Assembly (NCBI GenBank): GCA_965208125.1
Contig: OZ242320.1
Location: forward strand, 5,312,001 to 5,376,000
DNA from: Candidatus Latescibacterota bacterium
GTDB taxonomy: Bacteria > Latescibacterota > UBA2968
Direction: 5' to 3'
Length of the DNA stretch: 64,000 nt
The notes under the pieces: model-generated
Told to the model about the DNA's origin: nothing
What the model saw: only the letters and a program-made list of their open reading frames with translations
The model's database searches: none
Shown here: positions 27,853 through 38,700 of the stretch, piece by piece
Layout: every line of letters begins with the position of its first letter
Numbering within the stretch: position 1 is the stretch's first letter
Made by a program: the position numbers and the translations under genes

Positions 27853-29236
27853 AGTCGGGCGTCAACCGAAAACCAACCGCTTGCTCATAAGCATACGCCA
27901 GGCGCAAAATTCGGGCCTCGTCATATGGCTTGCCAATAACCTGCAAACCGATGGGCAAATTCTCATCGGACCATCCACACGGAACCGATACCGCGCATAA
28001 ACCCAAAAAATTGACCAGCCGCGTCGTCAACCTTATGGGCGCGACATCCACATCTGCGATACGTGGTGCAACCGTCAACATCGTCGGACAAATCACCGCA
28101 TCCACATCTCGCAGGGTCTCGCGGGCCGAGATCCGCAACTCTTCGCGCCGCTGTAAAACCGCCGCATAATCCGGCGCAGAAAAAGACGCGCCATGTGCAA
28201 TCCGCGCTCGAATGCGAGGGTCCATCATCTCACCATGCTCTGCTATAAAATCCCCATGACACGCATACCCCTCCACGCACATAATCATCGCACTGCCGCG
28301 TCCCTCGAGCTCTTCGTCTAACTCTTCCCGCGCCTCGGAAAATTGCATTTCCACCACATCGACTCCCAATTCACACAAAATCCCTGCCGCGGCTTCTACC
28401 GAAGCAATAACCTCAGCATCTGCCCCATCGCAAAACGGATCGCGCACAAACCCAACGCGAAATCCCTTCACTTCTCGCTTTAACCCGCGTACCACATCCA
28501 CCAGCGGCTGATTTAACGTCACCGGATCAGCCGCATCAGGCCCCACAATCGCTTCAAGCACCAGCGCGGCATCTTCCACAGACCGCGCCAAAGGTCCCAT
28601 GCTATCCAGCGTCCACGAAAGCGGCATTGCACCAGCGCGGCTCACCCGCTCCAGCGTGGGTTTGAGTCCCACAATACCGCAAAACGACGCCGGGATACGA
28701 ATAGAACCACCCGTATCTGTACCCATCGCAACAGGCGCCAATCCCGCCGCCACGGCCACCCCCGACCCACTGCTCGACCCACCCGGCACGCGTTCTGATC
28801 CCCAGGGATTGGGCGGTGTACCGTAATGGGGATTCAAACCATAAGGCCCGAATGCGAGTTCCACCATATTGGTCTTGCCCATCAACACAGCACCCGCCTG
28901 CGACAGACGCTTTGCGACGGTTGCCGAATCCTCCGGCACAAATGTATCCCATACTTTTGTCCCTGAAGTCGTGCGAATACCCGCCGTGTGAAACAGATCT
29001 TTAAGCGCGATTGGAATGCCGTGCAAAGGCCCCAAATCCGATCCCGACCGCAACATCGCCTCCGCCGCCTGTGCCTCAGCGCGAGCGCGTTCTGCCGTAA
29101 TTGTAAGAAACGCCTTTGTCTGATCGCCGTACTCGTCAATGCGCTTGAGCAACGCATCCACCACCTCAACCGGCGACACTTCCCCCGCTCGATAGCACGC
29201 GCCCAATTCTGATAGGGTTGCAAAATGTATATCCAC
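27839..29236 (-). CDS. Amidase-signature family enzyme; likely GTG start 29236
   Basis: 'GPLHGIPIALKD', 'GKTNM.E', 'PGGSSSGS', 'GTDTGGSIRIPAS.CG'. Confidence 0.93.
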   Translation of the reverse strand: MDIHFATLSELGACYRAGEVSPVEVVDALLKRIDEYGDQTKAFLTITAERARAEAQAAEAMLRSGSDLGPLHGIPIALKDLFHTAGIRTTSGTKVWDTFVPEDSATVAKRLSQAGAVLMGKTNMVELAFGPYGLNPHYGTPPNPWGSERVPGGSSSGSGVAVAAGLAPVAMGTDTGGSIRIPASFCGIVGLKPTLERVSRAGAMPLSWTLDSMGPLARSVEDAALVLEAIVGPDAADPVTLNQPLVDVVRGLKREVKGFRVGFVRDPFCDGADAEVIASVEAAAGILCELGVDVVEMQFSEAREELDEELEGRGSAMIMCVEGYACHGDFIAEHGEMMDPRIRARIAHGASFSAPDYAAVLQRREELRISARETLRDVDAVICPTMLTVAPRIADVDVAPIRLTTRLVNFLGLCAVSVPCGWSDENLPIGLQVIGKPYDEARILRLAYAYEQAVGFRLTPDFTQT

Positions 29237-29238
29237 AG

Positions 29239-30279
29239 TCAGACATCCTCTCCAGGCGACCACGTCACCCGCCCGGCAATCAGGTCCTCTAACAACACAA
29301 GCTCCCCACCGCGTTCGGCTGATGCATTGGCTCCCAGCACAGCCGCCAGACTGTTCAGGGCATCGCCATAAGAACTCCGCATCGCGGTGCGGTCTCCGTT
29401 GCGGATCGCATCGACAAATGCCTCTGTCTGAAACGCAAATGCATTGGGCCGATCATCCCACGCCGCGACTTCTTCACCATTCAACACGACATTTTGCGCC
29501 GACCACTCGAAAAGCGCGTCATCGGCAACCACCGTCACCTCGCGCCGCGCGTAATTCACATTGGTCAACACCCGCGATGTCGTCGCATTGGCAACCACAC
29601 CGCTCTTAAATCGATAATTCACATTATAGACATACGGCATATTGATCGGCTCTGGCCCTTCGCCTTCCGCGCGATAAAAATAAAACGCTGACACCGCCTC
29701 GATATCCCCGAGAAAAAAACGCAACAAATCGATCATGTGAATCGTATTCTCCACGTACGATCCCCCGCACAGAGCCATGCGACTCGTCCAGTATCGGACA
29801 TGCCGCCCGCTGTAAAACAACTGCACCTGTGCGTGCCGTGGCACCCGCGATTCGAGCATCGCCTTCAAATATTCAGATGAAGGATAATATCGACTCATGA
29901 ATCCCACTTGAGAAACAATACCCGCGCGGTCAATAGCCTCGCAAAACGCCACAGCCTGAGCCATATCCAAACTTTGCGGTTTCTCCACCAAAAGGGCGAT
30001 CCCCTTCTCTGCTGCGATCAACTCTGCATCTGTATGCAAAGCCGGGGGCAAACACACATAAACCCCGTCCAGTTTCTCTTTGTCAAACATCTCGCGGTGA
30101 TCCGTATAAACAGACTTCGCGCCCCACACCTTTGCCTGATCAGACACAACGCCCTGATCCACATCGCAAAATGCCTGCAATACCACCTCGCCTTTTTCGA
30201 CTAATTGGGACAGGGCTGGTAAATGTGCATTCTGTGGAATATGTCCCAATCCAATCATCCCTATGCGGACGGGTTGCAT
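29239..30279 (-). CDS. Gfo/Idh/MocA family oxidoreductase
   Basis: 'IG.IGLG', 'D.VYVC.P...H', 'EKP', 'VGF..RY', 'GG...E..IH.ID'. Confidence 0.92.
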   Translation of the reverse strand: MQPVRIGMIGLGHIPQNAHLPALSQLVEKGEVVLQAFCDVDQGVVSDQAKVWGAKSVYTDHREMFDKEKLDGVYVCLPPALHTDAELIAAEKGIALLVEKPQSLDMAQAVAFCEAIDRAGIVSQVGFMSRYYPSSEYLKAMLESRVPRHAQVQLFYSGRHVRYWTSRMALCGGSYVENTIHMIDLLRFFLGDIEAVSAFYFYRAEGEGPEPINMPYVYNVNYRFKSGVVANATTSRVLTNVNYARREVTVVADDALFEWSAQNVVLNGEEVAAWDDRPNAFAFQTEAFVDAIRNGDRTAMRSSYGDALNSLAAVLGANASAERGGELVLLEDLIAGRVTWSPGEDV

Positions 30280-30282
30280 ATA

Positions 30283-31179
30283 CTATCCCTCCTCAATCTC
30301 TGCAATCAATTCACGGGATAATCTCCCACCATCCGACACACCCACACAATCCTCCAATTCATCAATATCCGATACCCCGCACAGCAACATCGACACCCGA
30401 TTGTCCGACAACAAATAGCGCAAAGCCGTGCGCGTCATGGGTTCATCTACACCTTCAACAATTTTCTCCACCCGCATTAAATTGTCATACAAATCGGCAA
30501 ATCGCCCCTGCGCTATCCACTGCCCCCTTTTTGAACCCAACAACCCCGCGTGCAATGGCGAAGCGCAAATCACGGCAACATCTTCTGATGCTGCCGTGGG
30601 AACCAATTCCTCGGTTGCTTCTCGCGTCAGCAAATCGTACTTGCAAAACGTAATCACCGAAACAAAAACATCGGTCTCTTTGAGCACCCGAGACATCAAA
30701 TCCAAATCAGAACCCGTCAGCCCAATATAATCGCAAATTCCCTGAGCCTGTATCTCCAACAACGCCTCTATAGTCCGCCCCGCATCAAACAACCCCGGCC
30801 ACCCGGCCTTTTCAGCCTCATGCACCTGCAAAAGGTGCACATGATCGCGCTTTAACCGCTTCAAACTCGCATCGAGACCGCGCCATACCGCATCGCGTGT
30901 ATAGTCAAATGGCTCGGGATAATACCCCACCTTTGTCGCCAGATAATACGGCTCTCGCACACCCGACAGCGCGACACCCAGCACCTCTTCGCTGCGCCCG
31001 CGTCCGTAAAGCGGTGCCGTATCGAAATAATTCACACCCAATTCCAGCGCCCGCTCCACCACCGCCACGCCATGCGACACCGGTTTTAGCCCCATCTCCG
31101 GACGCCCGTAGAACCACGACCCGCCAAGCCCTATCTCACTGACCTCCCATCCCGTTTTACCAAATATCCTGTATTCCAT
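30283..31179 (-). CDS. Aldo/keto reductase; start trimmed to 31179 (MEYRIFG)
   Basis: 'FGKTG..VS.IGLG', 'GVNYFDTAPLYG.G.SE', 'ATKVG', 'SL.RL..D...LLQVH'. Confidence 0.92.
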   Translation of the reverse strand: MEYRIFGKTGWEVSEIGLGGSWFYGRPEMGLKPVSHGVAVVERALELGVNYFDTAPLYGRGRSEEVLGVALSGVREPYYLATKVGYYPEPFDYTRDAVWRGLDASLKRLKRDHVHLLQVHEAEKAGWPGLFDAGRTIEALLEIQAQGICDYIGLTGSDLDLMSRVLKETDVFVSVITFCKYDLLTREATEELVPTAASEDVAVICASPLHAGLLGSKRGQWIAQGRFADLYDNLMRVEKIVEGVDEPMTRTALRYLLSDNRVSMLLCGVSDIDELEDCVGVSDGGRLSRELIAEIEEG

Positions 31180-31184
31180 TTTAA

Positions 31185-31859
31185 TCACCGATACCATCGA
31201 CTCAACGTGACATCCGACACAGAAAACGTATAGAGAATACGCAACACCCACATCTCTGCTACAGTGCGCATAAAGCCCCACTTGCGCCATCGCCGCGTGG
31301 AGCTGCATACCTGTGCATTGAGCATCACAAATTTTCCCACACGCACTACACGCGAGCAAAACTCGGAATCCTCAAACAACTGCAAGGATGGAAATCCCCC
31401 CAAAGCGTCAAAAGTCTCTCGCCGAACATAAATTCCCTGATCGCCATAAGTAATCCCCAAATACCGGGAGCGCAATGTACTCAAAAACGCAACCAACCGA
31501 AAACCAATCGTCTTCTCCGACAACCCGAGTTGAAACCGCCCCCCTACCACACCGGACACGCGCAACGAGTCGCGTATCAACATCACTCCATCAGGAGGCA
31601 AAAACGTATCGGCGTGCAAAAACAAAAACACATCGCCCGTAGCCCTTTTCGCACCGGCATTCATTTGCAGTGCCCGCCCTGCTTTCCCTGCCTGAACCCA
31701 TTGTACATCACCACGCGCCTCAACCACTTGTTGCGTGCCATCCGTACTCCCACCATCTACCACAATCAGTTCCACATCCTCAACACCACAAAATTGAGTC
31801 AGACACGAGCCGATAACGGTCTCTTCATTTAGAACGGGAATAATCACACTGATCTGCAC
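31185..31859 (-). CDS. GT2 glycosyltransferase, TIGR04283-like
   Basis: 'ISVIIPVLNE', 'VVDGGS.D', 'GRA.QMN.GA', 'FLHAD', 'YGDQG', 'GGF....FED', 'S.RRW'. Confidence 0.88.
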   Translation of the reverse strand: MQISVIIPVLNEETVIGSCLTQFCGVEDVELIVVDGGSTDGTQQVVEARGDVQWVQAGKAGRALQMNAGAKRATGDVFLFLHADTFLPPDGVMLIRDSLRVSGVVGGRFQLGLSEKTIGFRLVAFLSTLRSRYLGITYGDQGIYVRRETFDALGGFPSLQLFEDSEFCSRVVRVGKFVMLNAQVCSSTRRWRKWGFMRTVAEMWVLRILYTFSVSDVTLSRWYR

Positions 31860-31869
31860 ATCGACTCCA

Positions 31870-32412
31870 CTATTTTTTTATAACATCAAAAAACTGCCGA
31901 CCATAACTAATCAGTGAAACAACGAGAAACACAACACTCAGGCCAATCAGCGCGGGCTTGAGCACATCGGCATCCCATAAATAGGCCAAAAGCAACCCAC
32001 TCAGCACCAGCGTTGTGACCTTGCCCCAAAAATTGGAAGACAACAACACATCGTGTCGCTTGACCAGATACATCCCCCCCAAAAAAATCACCACATCGCG
32101 CAACAAAACGACCACAACCAGCCATACGGGCAGACCTTTGAACACAACCATGGCAATTGTAATCGCACCAACAGCCACTTTATCAGCCAGAGGATCGAGC
32201 ATCTTCCCCCACTGTGAAATTTCACCCCGCCTGCGCGCGAGCCACCCATCTATCCAATCGCTGACAATCATCACCACCACCACGCCGAATGCTTCCCATA
32301 CATAATTTGGGCCCAATGCAATAAGCCACACAGCGGGTACGATCAGCACCGCGCGCAACAAACTAACGGCATTTGACAGCGTCCAAAACCGACCGCGTTC
32401 AGAGCTTTCCAT
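31870..32412 (-). CDS. CDP-alcohol phosphatidyltransferase (PgsA-like); likely start 32412
   Basis: 'N..SLLR', 'SDWIDGWLARR....S.WGK.LDPLADK', 'RD', 'GK.TT'. Confidence 0.9.
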   Translation of the reverse strand: MESSERGRFWTLSNAVSLLRAVLIVPAVWLIALGPNYVWEAFGVVVVMIVSDWIDGWLARRRGEISQWGKMLDPLADKVAVGAITIAMVVFKGLPVWLVVVVLLRDVVIFLGGMYLVKRHDVLLSSNFWGKVTTLVLSGLLLAYLWDADVLKPALIGLSVVFLVVSLISYGRQFFDVIKK

Positions 32413-32420
32413 ACAACACC

Positions 32421-33161
32421 TCACGACAACATCAATTTCAGACCAATTCCCAGCACGAGAACCAGCACGCTGCGGTTAAACCACATAGGGGACAACCGCC
32501 GGTTCAAAAACAAACCGACCACAGCCCCCAGGAACAAAGCCGGCAACATCCACACATCCATCATCAGACTCTGGAAATTGATCAATCCCAAAAAAACATA
32601 AGGCGTCAACTTCAAAAGATTCAAAACAATGCCAAAAATCCACGCAGTACCCACAAACGTACGCCCGATCAGGCCCTGCGGCAACAAATACAACATCAAA
32701 ATCACGCCACCTGCAGAAACCAATGTGGAAACCACCCCCAAAGTCACACCAACGCCAAAACGCATCCACGGCCCCGGCGGTTTCACATTCACCAGTATCC
32801 GATCCCTCATGGTCTGTAGCACTGCAAAAATGCATGCCAGAGCACCTAACAGGCGCCGAAACCAGACCTCTGGCACAATATCCAGAATACCCGCGCCAAT
32901 CAAAATACCCAGCGCCATGCCGGGCATCAACGCCTTGACATGGTCCCCAACCCAATGCCCCCAGTAGTATCTCGCACTGATCACATCGGTTGCCAGAGAA
33001 AGCGGCAAAACAAGCCCCAGCGCGGACTTTGCGGGCACTGCGAGCGCGAGAACCGGCACAGCTACCACACCAATGCCACCGCCAAATCCCGCGCGCATCA
33101 CGCCAATCAAAAAACCACCAACTCCCAACACGACAAAATCAATTATATCCAAAAAATCCAC
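32421..33161 (-). CDS. TauE/SafE (TSUP) family membrane exporter
   Basis: 'GF.GG.G..AVP.L', 'LPL....D', 'LLK...Y..LG', 8-TM pattern. Confidence 0.85.
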   Translation of the reverse strand: MDFLDIIDFVVLGVGGFLIGVMRAGFGGGIGVVAVPVLALAVPAKSALGLVLPLSLATDVISARYYWGHWVGDHVKALMPGMALGILIGAGILDIVPEVWFRRLLGALACIFAVLQTMRDRILVNVKPPGPWMRFGVGVTLGVVSTLVSAGGVILMLYLLPQGLIGRTFVGTAWIFGIVLNLLKLTPYVFLGLINFQSLMMDVWMLPALFLGAVVGLFLNRRLSPMWFNRSVLVLVLGIGLKLMLS

Positions 33162-33166
33162 CTGTT

Positions 33167-33982
33167 TTAGCCATCAACAGTTCCCTTCGCCTCCCCTCGC
33201 CATATCTCAAACGCATTCGCCGCTGGTCCCACCAGAAACAGCGCGTAAAACGGCGCGTAAATCGCTTCATTCAAGCGCAAAATCATCTCGACAAAAGCCA
33301 CCAGAAACGCGACAATGCACTGCCCTTTTCGCGTCAACATAGTCGTTCTGGGATCTGTAATCATAAAAAAAATAAACAACTGATACATCGGCCCTGTAAT
33401 AGGCGCAATACTTGTCAAATACGCCTGCCCGGTAAACGCGCAACGGATGAGGGCAAAGGCCAAAAACGAAATAACATATACCGCGCAGATATGAAACCGC
33501 CGCAATCGCCAGAGTGCAGCACTTCCCAGAATCCAGATGATTACCATTACCGACAGAGTATTGCCCCACTGAATACTCAACCCCGCCACCACTTCAGGGG
33601 CGAGAAACAGCATAATACTCACCCCAAAATTGGATGGATTCCACAAATGCCTGCCGCGCCATCGCAACACATACTTAGATGCAATAGACAACACGCTGCA
33701 CAACACATAAGGCCAGACCAGAGGCGAGCGGATCAAAATCCCCACACTGATCCCGGTAATATACGCACTGACCAGCCCCGGCCACACACCCCACGTCAAT
33801 CGCCCCAGTGCAAATTCAGTCAGCACGCTACTCAGGATAGCTGTCAGCGTTTGCCTCAGACTCTCCAAAAAGCCAAAAGTAATCTGTCCCCCAATCAGAA
33901 TGCACGTAATCAATATTGGTGACAGATAGCGGCTTTGCAACCCCGTCCAGACCGATTTCCAGAACCCGCTCGCTCGATCCAT
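33167..33982 (-). CDS. RnfD/NqrB-fold membrane protein, enediyne E5/UnbU-like
   Basis: 'SAYITG', 'SKY......HLWNPSNFG', 'P.TG....LF.FFMITDP.TT'; much shorter than RnfD/NqrB and no SGATPL-type FMN-attachment motif seen. Confidence 0.75.
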   Translation of the reverse strand: MDRASGFWKSVWTGLQSRYLSPILITCILIGGQITFGFLESLRQTLTAILSSVLTEFALGRLTWGVWPGLVSAYITGISVGILIRSPLVWPYVLCSVLSIASKYVLRWRGRHLWNPSNFGVSIMLFLAPEVVAGLSIQWGNTLSVMVIIWILGSAALWRLRRFHICAVYVISFLAFALIRCAFTGQAYLTSIAPITGPMYQLFIFFMITDPRTTMLTRKGQCIVAFLVAFVEMILRLNEAIYAPFYALFLVGPAANAFEIWRGEAKGTVDG

Positions 33983-33983
33983 T

Positions 33984-35780
33984 TCAATTCTCTACAATCC
34001 GATGTATCCGCCGCACTTCGGGCGCGTAAAACATCTGTACCTGTCCCGACGGCCAGCGTATTGAAACGCTATCAACCGCCGTGTCCTCGCCTAAACCAAA
34101 ATGCAACGGACGCTGATTCTGCGCGGCATAGCCAATACCCCCCGACACCTCCTGCACCTGCACCTCGTCATTCCAGAACACCTGCACCCGCGCCCCAATC
34201 GCACTGCGATTGCTCTGCTGCCCAAACAGATCGAACCCAATCCAGTTTGTCTCTGCCCGCACTGTATTACGGTACAACAAAAGCGGTCCTCGCTGATTGG
34301 CCACCACCACGTCCAGCATCCCCCGGTTCCACAGATCTACCAGAGCCACAGCCCGCCCATCGAATCGATCCCGAACCCCCACACTCTGTGCTACCTCGAC
34401 AAATTGTCCCATCCCGTCGTTCACCCAAACGCACTTGGTCTGATGGCCTGCCAGACTTCTGCCTCGCATCGGCGGCCAGTTTTTTGCATCAGAGATAATC
34501 GCGCTGTGTCCGCCCGCCACCTGAGAAAAATCGTACCAGTAATTCCCATTTCCATCTGCTGAAACATACCCATTGGTCAAAACGAGATCCAGCGCCCCGT
34601 CGTTGTTCAAATCCCCAAACTGGGCGCCAAAACTCCATCCCCCCAGATCAACACCCATCGCCCCGGCCAAATTCTCAAACCGCAAGGTCTCGCCTCCCAG
34701 GGGCACCCATAAATTATTTCCCTGAATGAGAACGCCAGCCTGAGAAATATTGGTCTCGTAAATTGCCAGATCCCCCCGATTCAGCACATCGCCAAATGCG
34801 GCATTCATACCGCTCTTTGGCTGGCGCCCCACCCCGGCTTGCTCTCCCATCTCGACAAACCGCTCTCCGCCCTCATTCACATACAACTCGGAAATCCCGT
34901 AATCATTGGATAAAAACAGATCGGGAAACCCGGAGTCGTTCAAATCCGCTGCACCCACCGCCAGTGTCCACCTTCTGCTCGTGATCCCAACCCGCATAGT
35001 CACATCTTCAAATGTCCCATCGCCCGAGTTTTTCAACAAATACTTCCGTCCCCCATTATTCGCATACTCAAAACTCTCCGGCATCATCCGCGTGGTCTCC
35101 AAATCCCACAAATTCAGGGAATCGGGCCAGTAACCCGCCACAAAAATATCCAGATACCCATCGCAGTCGTAATCTACCCAGATCGCACTCCCGGCATTGA
35201 TCCACCTGGGCAAATCCGCTGTTTCAGTCACGCGCTCAAACACCTTTCCTTCCCGATTGCGAAACAACTCGGGACGGCCCCATTTATACAAAAATAAATC
35301 TTCGAACCCATCGTTGTCGTAATCACCCCACACAGACCCCATACTCACGCCCGCTCGATTCACATCCGCCACGCCCATTGTCTCAGCCACATCTTCAAAA
35401 CCCGTCCCTCCCAAATTGCGATAAAGCCGATTTAAACTGCCCCTGCGACTGCTGGTCACATACAAATCCTGCCAACCATCCCTGTCGTAATCCACCACCG
35501 AAACCGCCGCGCCCATCGACGCGATAATTGGCATAATATGATCCAGCTTTGCATCCAACACAGGAGCTTCATGTACAAAATTGATCCCCACCTGTTTTCC
35601 AACTTCTTTCAGGTAGAATCCATATCGTTCAGAGCCAGTGCCACTCACTTTCTCCACTTGCCCAACCCCCCACTTCATCGCGCCCAGTGCCACCAGCAAT
35701 AACCCAAAAAACAGCACCACCAGAATCCGCACGACGCGATTGGGACGTCTCTCCTCTATCCCGCTATCTTCCCGCTTCAT
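33984..35780 (-). CDS. CRTAC1-family FG-GAP + ASPIC/UnbV protein with N-terminal TM anchor, enediyne E4/UnbV-like
   Basis: Repeated DxDxDG loops; 'ASMGAAV...D', 'WTLA', 'NDYG', 'GWSFG', 'NWP....SLAG'; ASPIC 'SNRSAIGARV...GG.GY..Q....LHFGLG...IRWPSG'. Confidence 0.88.
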   Translation of the reverse strand: MKREDSGIEERRPNRVVRILVVLFFGLLLVALGAMKWGVGQVEKVSGTGSERYGFYLKEVGKQVGINFVHEAPVLDAKLDHIMPIIASMGAAVSVVDYDRDGWQDLYVTSSRRGSLNRLYRNLGGTGFEDVAETMGVADVNRAGVSMGSVWGDYDNDGFEDLFLYKWGRPELFRNREGKVFERVTETADLPRWINAGSAIWVDYDCDGYLDIFVAGYWPDSLNLWDLETTRMMPESFEYANNGGRKYLLKNSGDGTFEDVTMRVGITSRRWTLAVGAADLNDSGFPDLFLSNDYGISELYVNEGGERFVEMGEQAGVGRQPKSGMNAAFGDVLNRGDLAIYETNISQAGVLIQGNNLWVPLGGETLRFENLAGAMGVDLGGWSFGAQFGDLNNDGALDLVLTNGYVSADGNGNYWYDFSQVAGGHSAIISDAKNWPPMRGRSLAGHQTKCVWVNDGMGQFVEVAQSVGVRDRFDGRAVALVDLWNRGMLDVVVANQRGPLLLYRNTVRAETNWIGFDLFGQQSNRSAIGARVQVFWNDEVQVQEVSGGIGYAAQNQRPLHFGLGEDTAVDSVSIRWPSGQVQMFYAPEVRRIHRIVEN

Positions 35781-38700
35781 CGCCTGTCATTCCTCAGTGC
35801 ATGATCAAACCAATCGGGCGTCACATACCGCGTGTGAAACCGCTGCCAATCCCCTGCATTGCGCTTAAACACCGGATCATCTTCAAGCGTTTCAGGCGCG
35901 CGATCATAAGTCAAAACCCCGTGCGCAGGCAAAGGCAACACTGTCGTTGAAAAAGCCGTATTATAATCGCCGTCTTTAACCCATCCATCGCCTTTCAACA
36001 CAAAATCCCGTATCTGCTTCCCTGGATCTGGCAAAGCCTCAAATTGCAATTGGATTTCATCTCCCGCATTCACAATCGCATATCGATCATCGACCTGTGC
36101 TAGCAATGGCTCTACATCTCCGTATCGCGTGTAATATCCCACGAGATCTCGCCACATTTGCGAAGTCCCGCCAAGCGCGTGATAATTCGGCACCTCGGGC
36201 GAACTCGCATCTGTCTCCGCCACCTGGGAAAACCCGCGATAACGCAACCGCGCGTGCTCCAAAGGGACAGATTGAACCGTCATCACACTGTCTTCAAGTG
36301 GCACGGCCCACGCCAAACGATCCCAATAAATCTCCAAATTGGTCTGCAATCTAAATTTTCGGGGAACATCTCGCGAAAAAACACCGCTCAGATCGATCAA
36401 CACCGTCTTGCGCTTTCCGGCTGGAAACCCCAGATCTGGATGCACGACGCGCCAATCAGTCCCATCAAATACATGTAGCGAAAGGCCCTGAGGTGGCGGA
36501 TGGCTACCCTGTCCCAGAGCCACATTGATCGAACTATCCGTCGGATGAATCCATCCCTGACCGACCAGCCACAGAGGTCCTTCCTTAGGCACCTCGTCTC
36601 CCACCATCACCTCCACATAGTGTTCCCGCGTCACCCCTTGATACGCACCCCGCTCAAAAGTATCCACATACTGTCCATCCCGCACCCGCACCCTATCGGT
36701 CACGTCGCGCCCCCGATCATCTTTCACAATAGCAAAGGGGCGAGGCTGCGTAGTCGCGTAAATCTCGAGCGATGGAGAAACCCGGGCAAAACGCTCATCC
36801 ACAAAAATCGACGTCCCCTCGGGATGATCAACTGCAACGAGAGACACCCAATCGACAAAATGCGTCTCCCACAATTCACCCGTAATCCGTATATCGTACA
36901 CCCCGTTTTGCGCGACCAACTGATCGCCTCTGACCTTCACCCAATCTTCCGTCTGAGCAATACCCGCAACCACCTGGGCATTGATTCGCATCCCCAGAGG
37001 CGACCGCCACAAAAAATCCGTTACAAACCCCATCTCCGATCCATTATACGCAAAAACCCAGGGGCATGACCCCTTCAAGCGTTGTACGGCACGCACCACC
37101 TGATCCACCTCCAGATCAAACTCCACCTGAGGCATCCCATTGGGCCACACAATCCGCACGAGATCTGCTCCTGTATAGGTCCCCAATCCAAAATGCACCA
37201 CCGGATCCGTCACCACTTGCTTCTGATAGAACGCGCCCGAGCGCAACTCCACCTCGGCACCCAAACCCAGTGCATTGATCCGCCCATCGCCCAGTGCCTT
37301 TCCGCCCAGGGGGCGAATCGCCTGCCAGTGATACGCCAAATCGCTCTGATTCACCAATTGCAACGCCTCGCCTGCATCCGAAACACCCAGCAAATCGAGC
37401 CGACCATCATCCGTCAAATCCGCCACACCGGTCACGCGCGCTTTCAGATCCAGAGAATGATAAGCCATTTCTGACGCCAAATAGGCGCGTTTGCCAAACA
37501 CCAGATCCAATGCACCGTTATTATCCAGATCCGCTATGAAAATCGGAACAGACCCAACTGTTGAATCACTCTGTATTATTTTGCGTATCTCCCCTTGCGA
37601 CACAGCGATCACAGCACCATCTCGATCTAAAATCACACGCTCTACACGCCCGTCTCGATCCAGATCTCCTGCGCCTATCGCAATCCCGTTCACCGCCCTT
37701 TTCGCCCCTGGCGTAAATACCCCCGCCCGTTCATTAATCGCCTCAATCAATTGCCCCTCTCGATCCAGCATCGCCGCATCGGGATCGCCATCTCCATCAC
37801 AATCTACCCACACAAAACCCCTCAATCCATCTACATTACTGAAAGGTTCTTGCGCCACAAACGAACCATCCCCATTATTTTGCAACACGAGCGGAGATCC
37901 ATCAAAACGCCCCAACACAAAATCGACATCTCCATCCATCTCTATATCCGCTCCCCACACGCCAGCCATCTCTTCTTCCAACCCGATGGAACCAGTCACA
38001 TCCTCAACCTCGCCATCCTCAGTGCGTCGGAACAATCGAAAACCCTCTGTCCCCACCAGTGCCAGATCTAACGCAAAATCGTTATTCCAATCAACTGTCA
38101 GCATCCCACCCATCTCCGATACCCCTGGAAAATCGAGCGCAATCCCCTCCATCCCCCACACTTGAGAAGCACTCGCCGCAACCACCTCTACCTCTTCTTT
38201 GGACCAGAAAGGCTTGAGCACCTGCCAGTCACTTCCCTCCAAACCCGCAACGGGTTCGGGTTCAAAGTGCATGTTTAAATCAGCAGGCGCTGGCATAGCC
38301 TGGGGCGCATTGAACTTCAAAAATTCAACCACGGGATCTCCCAGGCGTTCAGCCGGCACAATCAGCGCATCCAGAGCGCGTCGGTACACCGGATCGCGCA
38401 ACAACACATTGTGCAAAAACATCGTTTGCAAAGCTACCTCACTCCCCCCTTCCATCTCGCCTTGCAAACTGCGCAACTGCACCTGCGCCGCATCCGGCCA
38501 GCCTCCTACCCACTCGCTCAACTTCTCCACCGACGCGCGCAGAGCCTCTTCATCGCCCCGTTTGCCCGCCTGCCTTGCCCTCTCGACCCACAGCACGGAA
38601 TTGTCCGGCACCTGTTTGATCAGGGTTTCCAACTGTGCCCAGACCTCCTGCTCACTACCCCCTCCTCCTCGCCGTTCAAGTTCCTTCATCAGCGCGTATT

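Noticed and set aside
27839-29236. gatA
   Set aside because: No gatB/gatC adjacent and GatA-specific segments not evident; kept as generic amidase
30283-31359. N-terminal extensions in the ORF track (also 49351, 50777, 25624, 29263, 54586)
   Set aside because: They overlap upstream genes or lack RBS; downstream starts with RBS and family-typical N-termini were preferred
33167-33982. Calling this rnfD or nqrB of a respiratory complex
   Set aside because: Too short, no FMN-attachment motif seen, no other subunits nearby
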